A stretch of 64,000 nt of DNA from a plasmid. The translations under genes were made by a program, and so were the position numbers. The DNA is taken from the sequence record NZ_CP118918.1; one strand, given 5' to 3'. Each line of letters starts with the position of its first letter. Position 1 is the first letter of the stretch. The notes below the pieces were generated by a model that made no database searches, had not been told where the DNA came from, and saw nothing but the letters and a program-made list of their open reading frames with translations. Positions 8,501 through 16,930 of the stretch are shown in pieces.

Positions 8501-11500
8501 TGGGTGGCTTTCGGCGACAGCACGCGGTGGGGGTCGTGCTCGGCGGTGGAGAAGTAGATGTGGTTGCCGTGCACTCCGCGGGTCAGCGCGGTGTACACCT
8601 GTTGGCGGGTGAGTTGATCGGAGCCCACGGTGTGGCAGCGGTAGCGGGCGGTCGCGCCTTGGGTGGCGTCGATGGTGCGGGCGTAGCCCAGGGTGACGTG
8701 GGAGCGGACGTAGGCGGCGGGCAGCCGTAGATGTGCGTGTGACTCCAAGTGCGTGACGGTGATCGAGCCGTCCGGATCGACCTCGGTGACTTCCCAGCGG
8801 TAGCCGTTGCGCACGAAGTCGGTGGCACCCAACGCGAGGGTGCGATCGTTGTGTTTGGTGAACACGAGGTCCCCGACGCTGGCGCGGGCCCCGGCCATCA
8901 ACACCGCTTCGATGCCGGTGGCGTGTTCTCCGAGTTCGGTCAGCCGGTGCAGCCGGGCGCGGTCGTTGAGTTCAGAAACCAGCTCGTGGGTCGGCGCCAA
9001 CAGCAGCGAGTGCTTGTCCTCAGCGATGTCGGATTGCCATGCTTGGAACGCCATATCGGAGGCGGCGGCTTGGGTGCCGACATGCACGCGCTGGGCATCG
9101 AGATAGAACGCGATCCCTGATGGGTCGCCGTCGCGCAGCGCGAGACCGGCTTGGGCTTCGGAGGCCGAGGCGAACCGCATCACCTGGGACAAGGTGATCG
9201 CCCCGTGCTCGTGGGCCAGGTCGCGCAGCACACCGCCGGCGCTGATCGAGGACAGCTGTTTGTCGTCCCCGACGAGGCGCACGCTGGCGCCGCGGGCCAA
9301 GGCGACCGCGATCATCGACGCCAGCGCCAACGTGCCGGCCTTGCCGGCTTCGTCCACGATGATCAAGGTGTTCTCATCGATCGCGTCGTACCACTGCCGG
9401 GCGGGGTCGCCGGGGGAGATGTCGGGATTGTCGGTGAGCCAGTTGAACTTATCGAGGGTGTCACCGACTTCGACGTCGATTTCTTCGCGCAACAATTGCG
9501 CGGCACTGGCGCTGGGAGACAACCCGATGACGGTGCCCCCGGCGCCTTCCCAAGACCGGGCCAGCGCGGCCGTGGCGGTGGTTTTCCCCGACCCGGCCGG
9601 GGCCAACGCGAGCATCACGCGCTGCCCGCGGCACGCCATTTCGCGGACCAGTTGGGCTTGACCGGCGTTGAGTTCGCGGCGGTGCGCGGCCTGGGCGAGT
9701 AGCTCAATTTCGACATCGGCGGCGGGCACGGTGCGGCCGTCGCGCAGTGTGGCGGCGGCCAGGATTTGCCGCTCAGCGGCCAGGATTTCGGGGCTGGTGT
9801 AGGTCTGCGTCCCGGCTTGGCGGTACACGCTGGTCCCGTCGCGGCGCCGCAACACCGCGGGCTCACCGAGGTCGGTATCAGGACTGGATGCGTGTCGGAT
9901 GCTGCGCGGTTCGGTCAGGGCGGCGTCGGTGATGAGTTCGGCGATGCCGTCGATTCCGGCGTGCCCGGTGACGCGGACCACCCGCAATGCTTCGGCCAGT
10001 ACATGGGTGCGGTTCCAGGTGGACCGCGCTGCGGAGACGGTGGCGATGACCTGGGCGGCGCGGGCGTTGATCCACCCTGCGGTGACCTCGGCGGGTGTCG
10101 TGGTGCGCCCGGCCAAGGAGCGGGCGATCATCGCGTTGACCGCTTCGTCGCTGCCCAGCAGGCCGACGGCTTGGGTGCGCCATTCTGCGCGTTGCTCGGC
10201 CAGCGATCGGGGTTCGTGTTTGGCGTCGCGGGTGGCCAGGGTGGCTTGTTGGAACATCGCGATCGACTCCGGGGTGGTCGGCTCGCGGCCGTGGGCGGCC
10301 TGAAATTTCTTGGCCAGCACCGCATATTCGGCGTCGATGGCGGCGCGGCGTGAGGACCACAGTTCGTTGAGTTCGCGGCTGACGCCGACGACTTCGCGGA
10401 CCTCGCGCTTGCCTTCGCGGGCATCGCCGCGGGCGGCGAACCGCATCCCCAGCTCGTCGCCCAGGTAGGCCTCCAGGCGTGAGTTGTACAGCTCGGAGGC
10501 CGCGACGGTGGAGGCGTAGAGCGGGCGGCCATCGAGGGCGTACCAGCGGGGGATGCCGTCGGTGCCGCGGGCGCGGACCTTGTTGGAGATCGCGACGTGG
10601 GTGTGCAGGCCGGGGTCCGAGGCGCGGGTGTCGCGGTGGAGAAATTCGGCGGTGATGAAGCCTTCGGTGTCGACTTGGGCGATTCCTTGGGCGCCGATGC
10701 GGGTGTAGGCGGCCTGATCTTGCAGGAAGTCCAGGGCGTCCTGGACGGCCTTGCGGTGGCATTCCTCGATCTGTTTGGCGATCGGTTCCGGGCACAGCGC
10801 GTACAGTGCGGACACGCTTTTGACCGGGGTGAAGGTCATGTCGTAGCCGGCGACCGAGGTGGTTTGGTCGCGGGTGCCGCGGGCGATGAACCCGGTCAGT
10901 TCGCGCTCGTCCAGGGGTGCGCGGCGGTGCTGTTCTTCGAACATGTCGGTGGCGATGTCGGTGCGCATCTGCGCCCGCACTGTCTCGTCAATGGCGGCGT
11001 TCCAGTGCGCACCGACCGACAGGTTGTGATCCCGATACGCCTCAGCGAGCCGCTGCTGCAGCTCGGTTTCGCCGGCGTTGACCCGGAACGGGCGACCGAG
11101 GGTGGTCGCGGTCAGCGCTGAGTTTTTGCGTGCCCCTTGGGCAATGAGCTGCTTGGTCAGCGCTGAGGCGTTCGGGTGCACCCCCAGCCCGAACAGGGCC
11201 TTCATCTGGTCCTCGGTGACCTCGGAGCCTTCGGCCACTGACCACAGTCGCTCTCCGGCGTCGGTACGGGTCCAGTTCTGCGAGCCCGCGGACAAGCCGG
11301 CCAGTCCGCGTCCGCCCCAGCGGCCCGGTGTCTCGCCCTTGGAGGAGTAGTAGTCGCCCAACGATTCCGGGCCATGGGTGCGGTCGTGGGCAGCCACCTG
11401 CCGCACCAGGTACAAGTACCCGGAGCCAGCGGTGAGCTTGTGGATGCCCGCATTCACCTGCCCAGCGCACCGATTTCTCACGACGAAACCAAGGCTGCTT

Positions 11501-11511
11501 TCCGCCAGCAT
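5599..11511 (-). CDS. traA: MobF-family conjugative relaxase/helicase (TraA/TrwC-like), 1970 aa
   Basis: N-terminal relaxase motif IHKLTAGSGYLYLVRQVAAHD...LGDYYSSKGETPGRWGGRGLAGL. RecD-like helicase P-loop LAPAGSGKTTATAALARSW. Long Ala-rich C-terminal extension. Single uninterrupted frame. Confidence 0.85.
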   Translation of the reverse strand: MLAESSLGFVVRNRCAGQVNAGIHKLTAGSGYLYLVRQVAAHDRTHGPESLGDYYSSKGETPGRWGGRGLAGLSAGSQNWTRTDAGERLWSVAEGSEVTEDQMKALFGLGVHPNASALTKQLIAQGARKNSALTATTLGRPFRVNAGETELQQRLAEAYRDHNLSVGAHWNAAIDETVRAQMRTDIATDMFEEQHRRAPLDERELTGFIARGTRDQTTSVAGYDMTFTPVKSVSALYALCPEPIAKQIEECHRKAVQDALDFLQDQAAYTRIGAQGIAQVDTEGFITAEFLHRDTRASDPGLHTHVAISNKVRARGTDGIPRWYALDGRPLYASTVAASELYNSRLEAYLGDELGMRFAARGDAREGKREVREVVGVSRELNELWSSRRAAIDAEYAVLAKKFQAAHGREPTTPESIAMFQQATLATRDAKHEPRSLAEQRAEWRTQAVGLLGSDEAVNAMIARSLAGRTTTPAEVTAGWINARAAQVIATVSAARSTWNRTHVLAEALRVVRVTGHAGIDGIAELITDAALTEPRSIRHASSPDTDLGEPAVLRRRDGTSVYRQAGTQTYTSPEILAAERQILAAATLRDGRTVPAADVEIELLAQAAHRRELNAGQAQLVREMACRGQRVMLALAPAGSGKTTATAALARSWEGAGGTVIGLSPSASAAQLLREEIDVEVGDTLDKFNWLTDNPDISPGDPARQWYDAIDENTLIIVDEAGKAGTLALASMIAVALARGASVRLVGDDKQLSSISAGGVLRDLAHEHGAITLSQVMRFASASEAQAGLALRDGDPSGIAFYLDAQRVHVGTQAAASDMAFQAWQSDIAEDKHSLLLAPTHELVSELNDRARLHRLTELGEHATGIEAVLMAGARASVGDLVFTKHNDRTLALGATDFVRNGYRWEVTEVDPDGSITVTHLESHAHLRLPAAYVRSHVTLGYARTIDATQGATARYRCHTVGSDQLTRQQVYTALTRGVHGNHIYFSTAEHDPHRVLSPKATHPDTAVDVLTRALARDAAQVSATSAARAATDPAARLAAATQMYAHAVGTAAESRLSPAQHAELDSHAEKLVPGLTTATAWPVLRQHLALIAAAGIHPLKRLDKVVASGGFDNAADPAAVIDWRLDPTGAHSGGAGPLPWLPAIPERLAADPQWHTYLAARAQRVTDLAAEVTATARQWSAATAPRWARPLVGTDLELAAELAVYRAATAVEDNDTRIAGAEQYPARTRAAQRGLEQRAAELIGADATTNRYDTLIDSINPHIRHDPYWPQLAHHLAAAARTGVNITQLVRTVAAERPLPDELPAAALWWRLCGTLTPAVLETANGGLRPDWLPDLHTVFGTELAETIAADPAFPALVSAIGNADPDQWTPRDLLHVAAEHLYDADAHLTHHLRPDEYARLLTYSIEVFTTADPYDHDIPLPDTAPLTPEEHEELAHLHPDIENTPPGRQHAHDDVLADPNNLAAALGLDDYDLTEPTAPDDQLPPPEHADDYFTPDTGIDFDSLSTVRPSPAAALAAHRADVHALRDRYAAADAQVRALAAHVTAGGGPHVLAATDELRRMRAAADADRPFLARVEAVLDQWHHAETTYAEALELIGHARTELDTLRADPDADPLDIASATQHLNFLTSYQLPPTSPAEQFHPAFDEATAARAAAAGGSEHIVTHADADALLRRCRADDDTLLARHRADRAALRDQLHRAELAAAQAFARAQRSTAEHITELLPRIDTELRVLDAAGQHAFQERLPISEHPDIDTDRLRRLTDAPFVLTAAHASDRAALLPMMKHLERAAHDAQRPLIWAAPATICDNADLSPIANTVIDAATLDLHDSAPGTIVVIDRAEHISPETIADLTETAATAHARIILLDTNTATWPPPPAAPLLKLLHTELRWSPVLTAATGRINHFDASPDSNAALTQAAGLHPDHHTPAITTALQRHRKAQQRNTTAHDLHTRMWNAAHRDEGFSRGG

Positions 11512-11696
11512 CCGAACGGGCCGTGACCAAACCGTGACCTAAGTGCAAGAGGTGTGTGGGACCAAGCCAGGCTGGAAAGCAACGATGCAGGTCAACAGGG
11601 GTGAGACGGTGGTGAGGGTGAAATCAGGGGTGAGTGGGTGGCTGCGGAAGAAGGGAAGCGTGATTGCGTCGTAAGGGATGGCTAGCATCCGGAAAC

Positions 11697-12308
11697 ATGG
11701 CTAAAGCAACGACGAAACATGCAGTGAAGCAGCGGGTTCTGGAGGCGCGGCGCGCCGAGAAGGCCGCACGGGAGGCGCGCGAGGCGGCCATTGTCGACGG
11801 TCTGTCGGAGTTTCTCGCCGAAGTTGACCGTGCGGCGGCGGTGGGGATGAAGCTCGAAGAGCAGGTAGCGGCGGCGCGCACGAAGGCCGCCGAACGTGTC
11901 GAGCGGATTGAACGGGAGACCGAGGAACGAATCGCCACGTTGACCGAGGCGGCGCGGGAGGAAACGGCGCGGTGTGAGCGGGCGGCCGGTGAGGCTGTGA
12001 TGCGGCTACGGGGGCAGGGTGAGACGGTGGCGGCCATTGCGAGCCAGACGGGTCAGAGCCAGAACCGAGTGCGCGACTTGGGCAAGCTGGCGGTCGGCTC
12101 GCAGGACGCAGCTGAGGCGGCGGACCCTGACGGGGCGCAGGCAGGGCAGGCTGGGTCCATGCAGGACGGGGGAGCCGGCGCTGAGGATGCCGCGGTGGTG
12201 TCGGCCAGTGGAGTGGACGCAGGCACTGCTGGTGGAGAGCTCGGCGACAGGGAGGCGACCGACGCTGAGGAGCTGACGGTAGGCGCGGCCGCGAGCCTGA
12301 GCGCGTAG
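11697..12308 (+). CDS. hypothetical coiled-coil protein with possible HTH (GETVAAIASQTGQSQNRVRDL)
   Basis: ORF 11664..12308, likely start MAKATTKHAV. Arg/Glu/Ala-rich helical N-terminal half and acidic C-terminus. Confidence 0.45.
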   Translation: MAKATTKHAVKQRVLEARRAEKAAREAREAAIVDGLSEFLAEVDRAAAVGMKLEEQVAAARTKAAERVERIERETEERIATLTEAAREETARCERAAGEAVMRLRGQGETVAAIASQTGQSQNRVRDLGKLAVGSQDAAEAADPDGAQAGQAGSMQDGGAGAEDAAVVSASGVDAGTAGGELGDREATDAEELTVGAAASLSA

Positions 12309-12322
12309 CGAGGCTTCGGCGG

Positions 12323-12850
12323 GTGGGCGCTTTGGCGCGGGAGTTGGCGGTTGATCCGGACCGCGACATGGCAGAGGTGGCAAGGTTTTTCAGCCGCGTG
12401 GTCGCAGGGCCGGGTCGCCAGGACTGCTGGCTGTGGACCGGTGCGATCGGTGATGACGGTTACGGTCGGTTCGCGATTCGCCGCGACGGCAGGCTGCGCA
12501 TGGTGCGTCCACCGCGGTATGCCCTTGCGGTGGCCGCAGACGGTGCGGCACTCGATGGGTACGTGCGGGCGCTGCACGAGTGTGATGTGCCGATGTGTGT
12601 TCGTGTGATCACTGCCGACGAGTTGCGCGACGGGGTGCGGCCTCATGTGGTCGGTGGGACGCAGCGGGAGAACATGGAGAGGATGGCGCGGGCGCGGCGC
12701 GGCGGGGGATCGCCTGCGGTGATCGCGCGCCAGGCGGGTGTGAAGGCACGGCGGGAGCAGGCGCTGGCGTTGCGTGCGGCGGTGCGTTCCGGCTGGGACG
12801 GCGCGGCGGTGGAGGCTGCGCTGTTGGGCGGCCAGCCTCGTCTATGGTGA
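12323..12850 (+). CDS. HNH endonuclease family protein
   Basis: CWLWTGAIGDDGYGRF...HECDVPMCVRVITADELRDGVRPHVVGGTQRENM matches the HNH pattern (CW.W.G....GYG.......H.CD...C.NP.HL..GT...N). Confidence 0.7.
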   Translation: MGALARELAVDPDRDMAEVARFFSRVVAGPGRQDCWLWTGAIGDDGYGRFAIRRDGRLRMVRPPRYALAVAADGAALDGYVRALHECDVPMCVRVITADELRDGVRPHVVGGTQRENMERMARARRGGGSPAVIARQAGVKARREQALALRAAVRSGWDGAAVEAALLGGQPRLW

Positions 12851-12932
12851 GCCTTCGGTAGTTCTAGTCCGCGCGATGGCCTGCGGGACTGGCCCGGGTG
12901 GGGCGGTCCCGCAGGCGGTGGCGCGGATGGGG

Positions 12933-13157
12933 CTAGTGGTCGGCGGTGGTGGCGATGAAGGCCTCGGCGTCGGTGAGGTAGTAGTCGGCGTGGCGGGTCT
13001 GGTCGGCGGTGGCGTCGTTGGCCAGGAGAACGGTGACGGCGTAGTCGCGGGCCGAGAGGGCGTATTGGCGGCGGCGGTGGGGGTCGTCGGCGGCAGCGAC
13101 CGCGGCGTGGATGTCGGCTCGGGCGTAGGCCAGTGCTGCGGTGGTGGGGATGGGCAT
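12933..13157 (-). CDS. small hypothetical protein
   Basis: ORF with likely start MPIPTTAALAYARADIH. Weak support. Confidence 0.3.
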   Translation of the reverse strand: MPIPTTAALAYARADIHAAVAAADDPHRRRQYALSARDYAVTVLLANDATADQTRHADYYLTDAEAFIATTADH

Positions 13158-13546
13158 GATGGTTCTCCGTTTCGTGGTGTGACTTGGTGGTGCGCCGGTC
13201 GGCGCTGGGGTGCGGTCAACCGGGTGAGGGTGGGCGGTCAACCCCGAAGAGGCGGCGGCGGGTGGAGCAGGGTTTTCGGCCCGCGAGCGGCAGCGAGCTT
13301 GGTAGGGCCGAAAAGGTCACTCGGCCTGTGTAGGTCGACGTCGGTGTGGGTTGACCGGTCGGGCCCCCGGCCGGTTAGGCTGCGCCCCCTGCTGACGGTG
13401 TGAAGGTGAGGGGCTACGGATGCGCCCGCCGCGAGGCGGGCATCCGCGCCGCAGGCGCGCGGCCGAAGGGAACATGCGAATCGCGCAACAAACCCCGCAG
13501 TGAACCCGTTGTTGTGGCGGTGGCGGGCTCACAGCACGCGCGGGAG

Positions 13547-14074
13547 CTAGGTAGCGCTCTGTGAGGCCAGAATGGCGTGGCGCATGGCCGCTTTGGGGTC
13601 GACGGCGATATCGAGGGTGTAGACGATCAAGTCGGCAAGGCGCGGAGCGCGGCCGTCGATCTCGGCGGCTTCGGCGATGGCGAGTTCGCATGCGATGGCG
13701 GCCCGCACGTTGTCCCCGGCGAGGCAGTAGGCGCATCCGGCGATAGTCAGTGCCTCGACGCGGGCGCTGGATCGGAGTTGGCGCGCGAAGCGCGTCCATA
13801 GCGACGCACCGGCATCAGGGTCGTTCAGTAGGAGGGGGAGCATCGCGTCGCGCAACGCCGGGCTGGTGGTGATGATGATTGCGACGCGGCTGGCAAGGGT
13901 GCCGGTGGCCCGTCGGTGGCCGCTGAGGACGTTGGTGATGTATGTGAGGGTGTCGGGGACCGAGGGTGCGTGGTCGTCGCGGTTCACGGCGGGGTCGACG
14001 TGTTCGAATTCGCGCCGCAGAGCTTGGCGGGTATCGGAGTTGCTGTGGACGGGGTGTACGAGCCTGAGGGTCAT
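13547..14074 (-). CDS. hypothetical protein (start may be at 14164)
   Basis: Protein-like ORF MTLRLVHPVHSNSDTRQALRREFEH.... No motif recognised. Confidence 0.4.
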   Translation of the reverse strand: MTLRLVHPVHSNSDTRQALRREFEHVDPAVNRDDHAPSVPDTLTYITNVLSGHRRATGTLASRVAIIITTSPALRDAMLPLLLNDPDAGASLWTRFARQLRSSARVEALTIAGCAYCLAGDNVRAAIACELAIAEAAEIDGRAPRLADLIVYTLDIAVDPKAAMRHAILASQSAT

Positions 14075-14105
14075 GGTGTTCTCCGTTCGCGCGGGGTCGC
14101 GGATG

Positions 14106-14390
14106 TCAGCGAAGGCTCGCCAGGTGGTGGTTGAGGCGGGCGGCGACATCACGGGCGCGGGCATGGGGGTCGAGCGGATCGAAGTCGGTGCTGTAGGCGA
14201 TCAGGCGGGGGCCGCTGGGCGTCCAGAGGTTCACGTCCCCCAGTTCGGTTGCGTAGAAGGGGTTATGAGCCTCGGTCCGCTGCTGGTGATGGGCGGGGGT
14301 GATCCCGTCGCGTTGGTAGGCGTGGATGCGGGCGGTGGTCAGCGGGAGGGCGATGGGGCGCCCGGGGGTGGCGGCGTGCTGTTCAGTCAT
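14106..14390 (-). CDS. small hypothetical protein
   Basis: 94-aa ORF between the Dcm-like gene and 13547..14074. Confidence 0.35.
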   Translation of the reverse strand: MTEQHAATPGRPIALPLTTARIHAYQRDGITPAHHQQRTEAHNPFYATELGDVNLWTPSGPRLIAYSTDFDPLDPHARARDVAARLNHHLASLR

Positions 14391-14435
14391 CGGAACACTC
14401 CTTGGGTTGGGGGAGGGGGCTGGCAGTGCGGGCTG

Positions 14436-15977
14436 TCAGGTGGTGACGGTGGCGGGTTCGCCGGTCAGCGTTTCCACGACGAGTCCGACGAGATCGCGGG
14501 CGGCTGGTGGGGTGACGGCGTTGCCTGCCAGGCGGACTTGCTCTCGTCGGGTGCCGAGCATGCGGTAGTCGGTGGGGAAGTCCATCGCGGCGGTGATTTC
14601 GCGGGGCTCCAGCATCCGGAAGAACACGTCGTTGATGTCGATGTGCTGTGGCGGTGCGGGGGCGGGTCCGCTGGTGATCAGGCTGTGGCGCTCGACGGTG
14701 GTGACGGTGGGCAGGGCTTCGTTGGCAGGGGTGCTGCCGCCTTTGCCGTAGTAGCTCGTGATCAGGGGGCGGGGCTCGGTGGGGTTCCAGCGTCCGTGGA
14801 ACACGTCGCCGCGTGTGACGGGGGTGTAGACCAGGCCGTGGTGGTTGCCGGATGCGGTGACCGTCGAGAGTGCTTCGGTGGTGCAGCGGGCATCGCTGGA
14901 GCCGCCGCGGAGTTCGGCGATGAAGGGCGCGAAGGCGATGCCGTCGTTCTCGCGGGTGGTTCGGGTGGCGATGGGTTGATCGACGGCGACAGCTTCGTTG
15001 CGCCAGGTGCCTCCGGTCGGGACCAGCAGCGCGGTCTCGCTGCGCGTGGTCATGGTGCGTGTCGGCTGGTCGACCGGGGCGGCGTTCTTGCCGTCGCGTC
15101 CTTCGACGGGTACCAGCATGGGCTGCCAGTAGCGCTGGATTCCGGCGGCGATGCGGGCCATGGTCTTGTCGGCCAGGGGGCGGGTGCGCTCACCGATGCG
15201 TGTGCCGGTCAGTGACCAGTCGATGATGTCGGCGGCCGGGCGGTAGGTCGGCTCGATCACCTGGTTGCGGCACGCGACGTTGGGGCAGCGGTAGACGTAC
15301 TGGGCGCGGTACTTACCCCACGGTGCGCGGTCGGTGCGCTTGAAGCTCTGGACGGCGCGGACCGGTCCGCAGGCGGGGCACACCGCGTAGGGGGACACGA
15401 TCCGCTTGACGTCGGGGCGGGGATCGCCTGCGCGGGTGAAGATCGCATAGAACCGGTCTCTCGACTGGGGGGCGCCGCGACCGAGCAGTTGCGCATGCAT
15501 TGAGTTCAGGTAGACCATCTGGCCGACGTAGCCGATGGATTCCATTGCCATGCGCCACGCCTGGAAGGGCGGCCAGAACACCACGTCGACCACGTTCTCC
15601 ACGATCACGGCGCGGTACATGTGGTACTCGGAGAAGCGCACGACATCCCACATGGTGGCGCGGGAGCGCTCGGCGGCGGCCTCGGGGAGAATCTCGCCGA
15701 ACAGATCCGGTTGGGCGTCTTGACGTTTGCGGCCCTGGGCGATGCTGTGCTTGGTGCAGCTCGGGCTGGCCCACAGCAGATCAGTGGTGGGGAACAGACG
15801 CGGGTCAATCTGGGAGAGGTCGGCCTGAATGTGGTCGGTGTCAGGGTGATTGGCGCTGTGGGTTTCGATGGCCCTGTCCCAGTGGTTACTGGCGACCCTG
15901 GCCACGACGTTGTTGATCATCACAGCACCAGCCGTGGAGCCTCCAGCGCCGCAGTAGAGGTCGGTGATCGTCAGCAT
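14436..15977 (-). CDS. DNA (cytosine-5)-methyltransferase with unusual motif IV (PSCT instead of PCQ) and a Cys4 insertion
   Basis: Motif I DLYCGAGG, motif IV LWASPSCTKHSIAQG, motif VI VIVENVVDV, motif VIII QSRDRFYAIFTR, C-terminal GNAVTPPAARDL. Insertion CPACGP...CPNVAC. SD GAGAGGA 7 nt upstream of the ATG. Confidence 0.85.
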   Translation of the reverse strand: MLTITDLYCGAGGSTAGAVMINNVVARVASNHWDRAIETHSANHPDTDHIQADLSQIDPRLFPTTDLLWASPSCTKHSIAQGRKRQDAQPDLFGEILPEAAAERSRATMWDVVRFSEYHMYRAVIVENVVDVVFWPPFQAWRMAMESIGYVGQMVYLNSMHAQLLGRGAPQSRDRFYAIFTRAGDPRPDVKRIVSPYAVCPACGPVRAVQSFKRTDRAPWGKYRAQYVYRCPNVACRNQVIEPTYRPAADIIDWSLTGTRIGERTRPLADKTMARIAAGIQRYWQPMLVPVEGRDGKNAAPVDQPTRTMTTRSETALLVPTGGTWRNEAVAVDQPIATRTTRENDGIAFAPFIAELRGGSSDARCTTEALSTVTASGNHHGLVYTPVTRGDVFHGRWNPTEPRPLITSYYGKGGSTPANEALPTVTTVERHSLITSGPAPAPPQHIDINDVFFRMLEPREITAAMDFPTDYRMLGTRREQVRLAGNAVTPPAARDLVGLVVETLTGEPATVTT

Positions 15978-15995
15978 GGGGGGGTCCTCTCAACA

Positions 15996-16048
15996 ATGGG
16001 TGATGGCTATAGCCTACCACAGAATGGATGGTGATAGCCATCCAATAT
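15996..16048 (-). promoter_or_regulatory. conserved promoter/operator element (motif family 1) upstream of the C5-MTase gene
   Basis: In transcript orientation: ATATTGGATGGCTATCACCATCCATTCTGTGGTAGGCTATAGCCATCACCC. Contains an extended -10 like TGGTAGGCT and the palindrome GGCTATAGCC. About 45 bp are shared with 23731-23775. Confidence 0.6.
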
Positions 16049-16061
16049 GTGGGGCTTGTGG

Positions 16062-16610
16062 TTAGGTCAGCTGGTCAAATAGGTCGAGCTGAGCGTCGGC
16101 ACCGAGGTCGAGAACGCGGCGCAGCAGGGCGTCGGCCTGTTCGTGCATCTCTGTGGTGCGGCGGTAATGCTCGCGGTCTTCCTCGTCCGTGGGGTGGTAG
16201 CGAGAGCATGGTCGGCTGTGTGCGTTGGGGGGCGTGCGGGCGTGGGGGCAGCGGCACCACTGCCATGTGCGGTGCTGCTCGGCTCGGGTCGCGGTCAGCA
16301 GGTCAGCTATCTGGCTGCGCAGCGCGGTTGGCAGGGCCTGTCCGAGTCGTTGAATCTGAGTGGCGGTGACCGTGGCACGCGGGGGGCCGGAGCCGGGGCG
16401 GGGGCTGATGAACTTTGATCCGACGGTCCAGTAGCTGGTCATCCAGTCGGGTGCGCCGTGGGGGGCGGTCGGGCCGCTGGCGCCGCCTGCGCGGGCCAGC
16501 AGGGATCGCAGTGCGCGTTCCTCGAGGAATGCGTCCAGGAGGGCACTGCCTGATGATCTGCCGACGAACGCCAGGAGGTGGCGTTGGTCGGGTGTCAGCG
16601 TGGGGCGCAT
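16062..16610 (-). CDS. hypothetical protein (ORF extends to 16736 but would overlap nrdH; internal start MRPTLTPDQRH more likely)
   Basis: Protein-like frame with no recognisable motif. Confidence 0.35.
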   Translation of the reverse strand: MRPTLTPDQRHLLAFVGRSSGSALLDAFLEERALRSLLARAGGASGPTAPHGAPDWMTSYWTVGSKFISPRPGSGPPRATVTATQIQRLGQALPTALRSQIADLLTATRAEQHRTWQWCRCPHARTPPNAHSRPCSRYHPTDEEDREHYRRTTEMHEQADALLRRVLDLGADAQLDLFDQLT

Positions 16611-16644
16611 GCGCACAGCCTGACGAGGCAGTGCCGGTGGGCGC

Positions 16645-16911
16645 TCATGCGGGCATCGCTGTTGCATCGGGTGCGGATACCGCAGGGTTGCCGGCGGCCT
16701 TGATGCGGTCGGGTCGGAAGCCGCTCCAGTGATCATCGCCGGCTACCACGACGGGGGCTTGCAGGTAGCCCAGGGCCATCACGTAGTCGCGGGCCTCGGC
16801 ATCGACGCTGATGTCGACTTTCGCGTAGGTGATCCCCGCTTTGTCGAGCGCCTTGAAAGTCGCGGTGCACTGCACGCAGTTGGGCTTGGTGTACACGGTG
16901 AAGGTGGACAT
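16645..16911 (-). CDS. nrdH: NrdH-redoxin, copy 2 (aa 5-68 identical to copy 1, different C-terminal tail)
   Basis: MSTFTVYTKPNCVQCTATFKALDKAGITYAKVDISVDAEARDYVMALGYLQAPVVVAGDDHWSGFRPDRI. Confidence 0.8.
   Translation of the reverse strand: MSTFTVYTKPNCVQCTATFKALDKAGITYAKVDISVDAEARDYVMALGYLQAPVVVAGDDHWSGFRPDRIKAAGNPAVSAPDATAMPA
16698..16896. repeat. inverted repeat arm 2 (nrdH copy)
   Basis: Reverse complement matches 2392-2590 with a few mismatches. Confidence 0.8.
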
Positions 16912-16930
16912 AACGCGCCTGCCTTTCTAA

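Noticed and set aside
5645-11121. Many long ORFs antisense to or out of frame within the relaxase gene (for example 5645..6292+, 6253..7101+, 7338..8120-, 7642..8256+, 9878..10795-, 10597..11121+).
   Set aside because: Typical spurious ORFs of high-GC DNA. They are Arg/Pro/Gly-rich and low complexity, and fully embedded in the single continuous 1970-aa relaxase frame, which has clear motifs.
11670-11690. GGGATGGCTAGCATCC upstream of 11697 as a fifth motif family 1 instance.
   Set aside because: It shares only GGATGGCTA with the family and lacks the TGGTAGGCTATAG core.
13866-15215. 449-aa + strand ORF.
   Set aside because: Antisense to the well-supported C5-MTase gene. Gly/Ala/Val-rich composition and no motifs.
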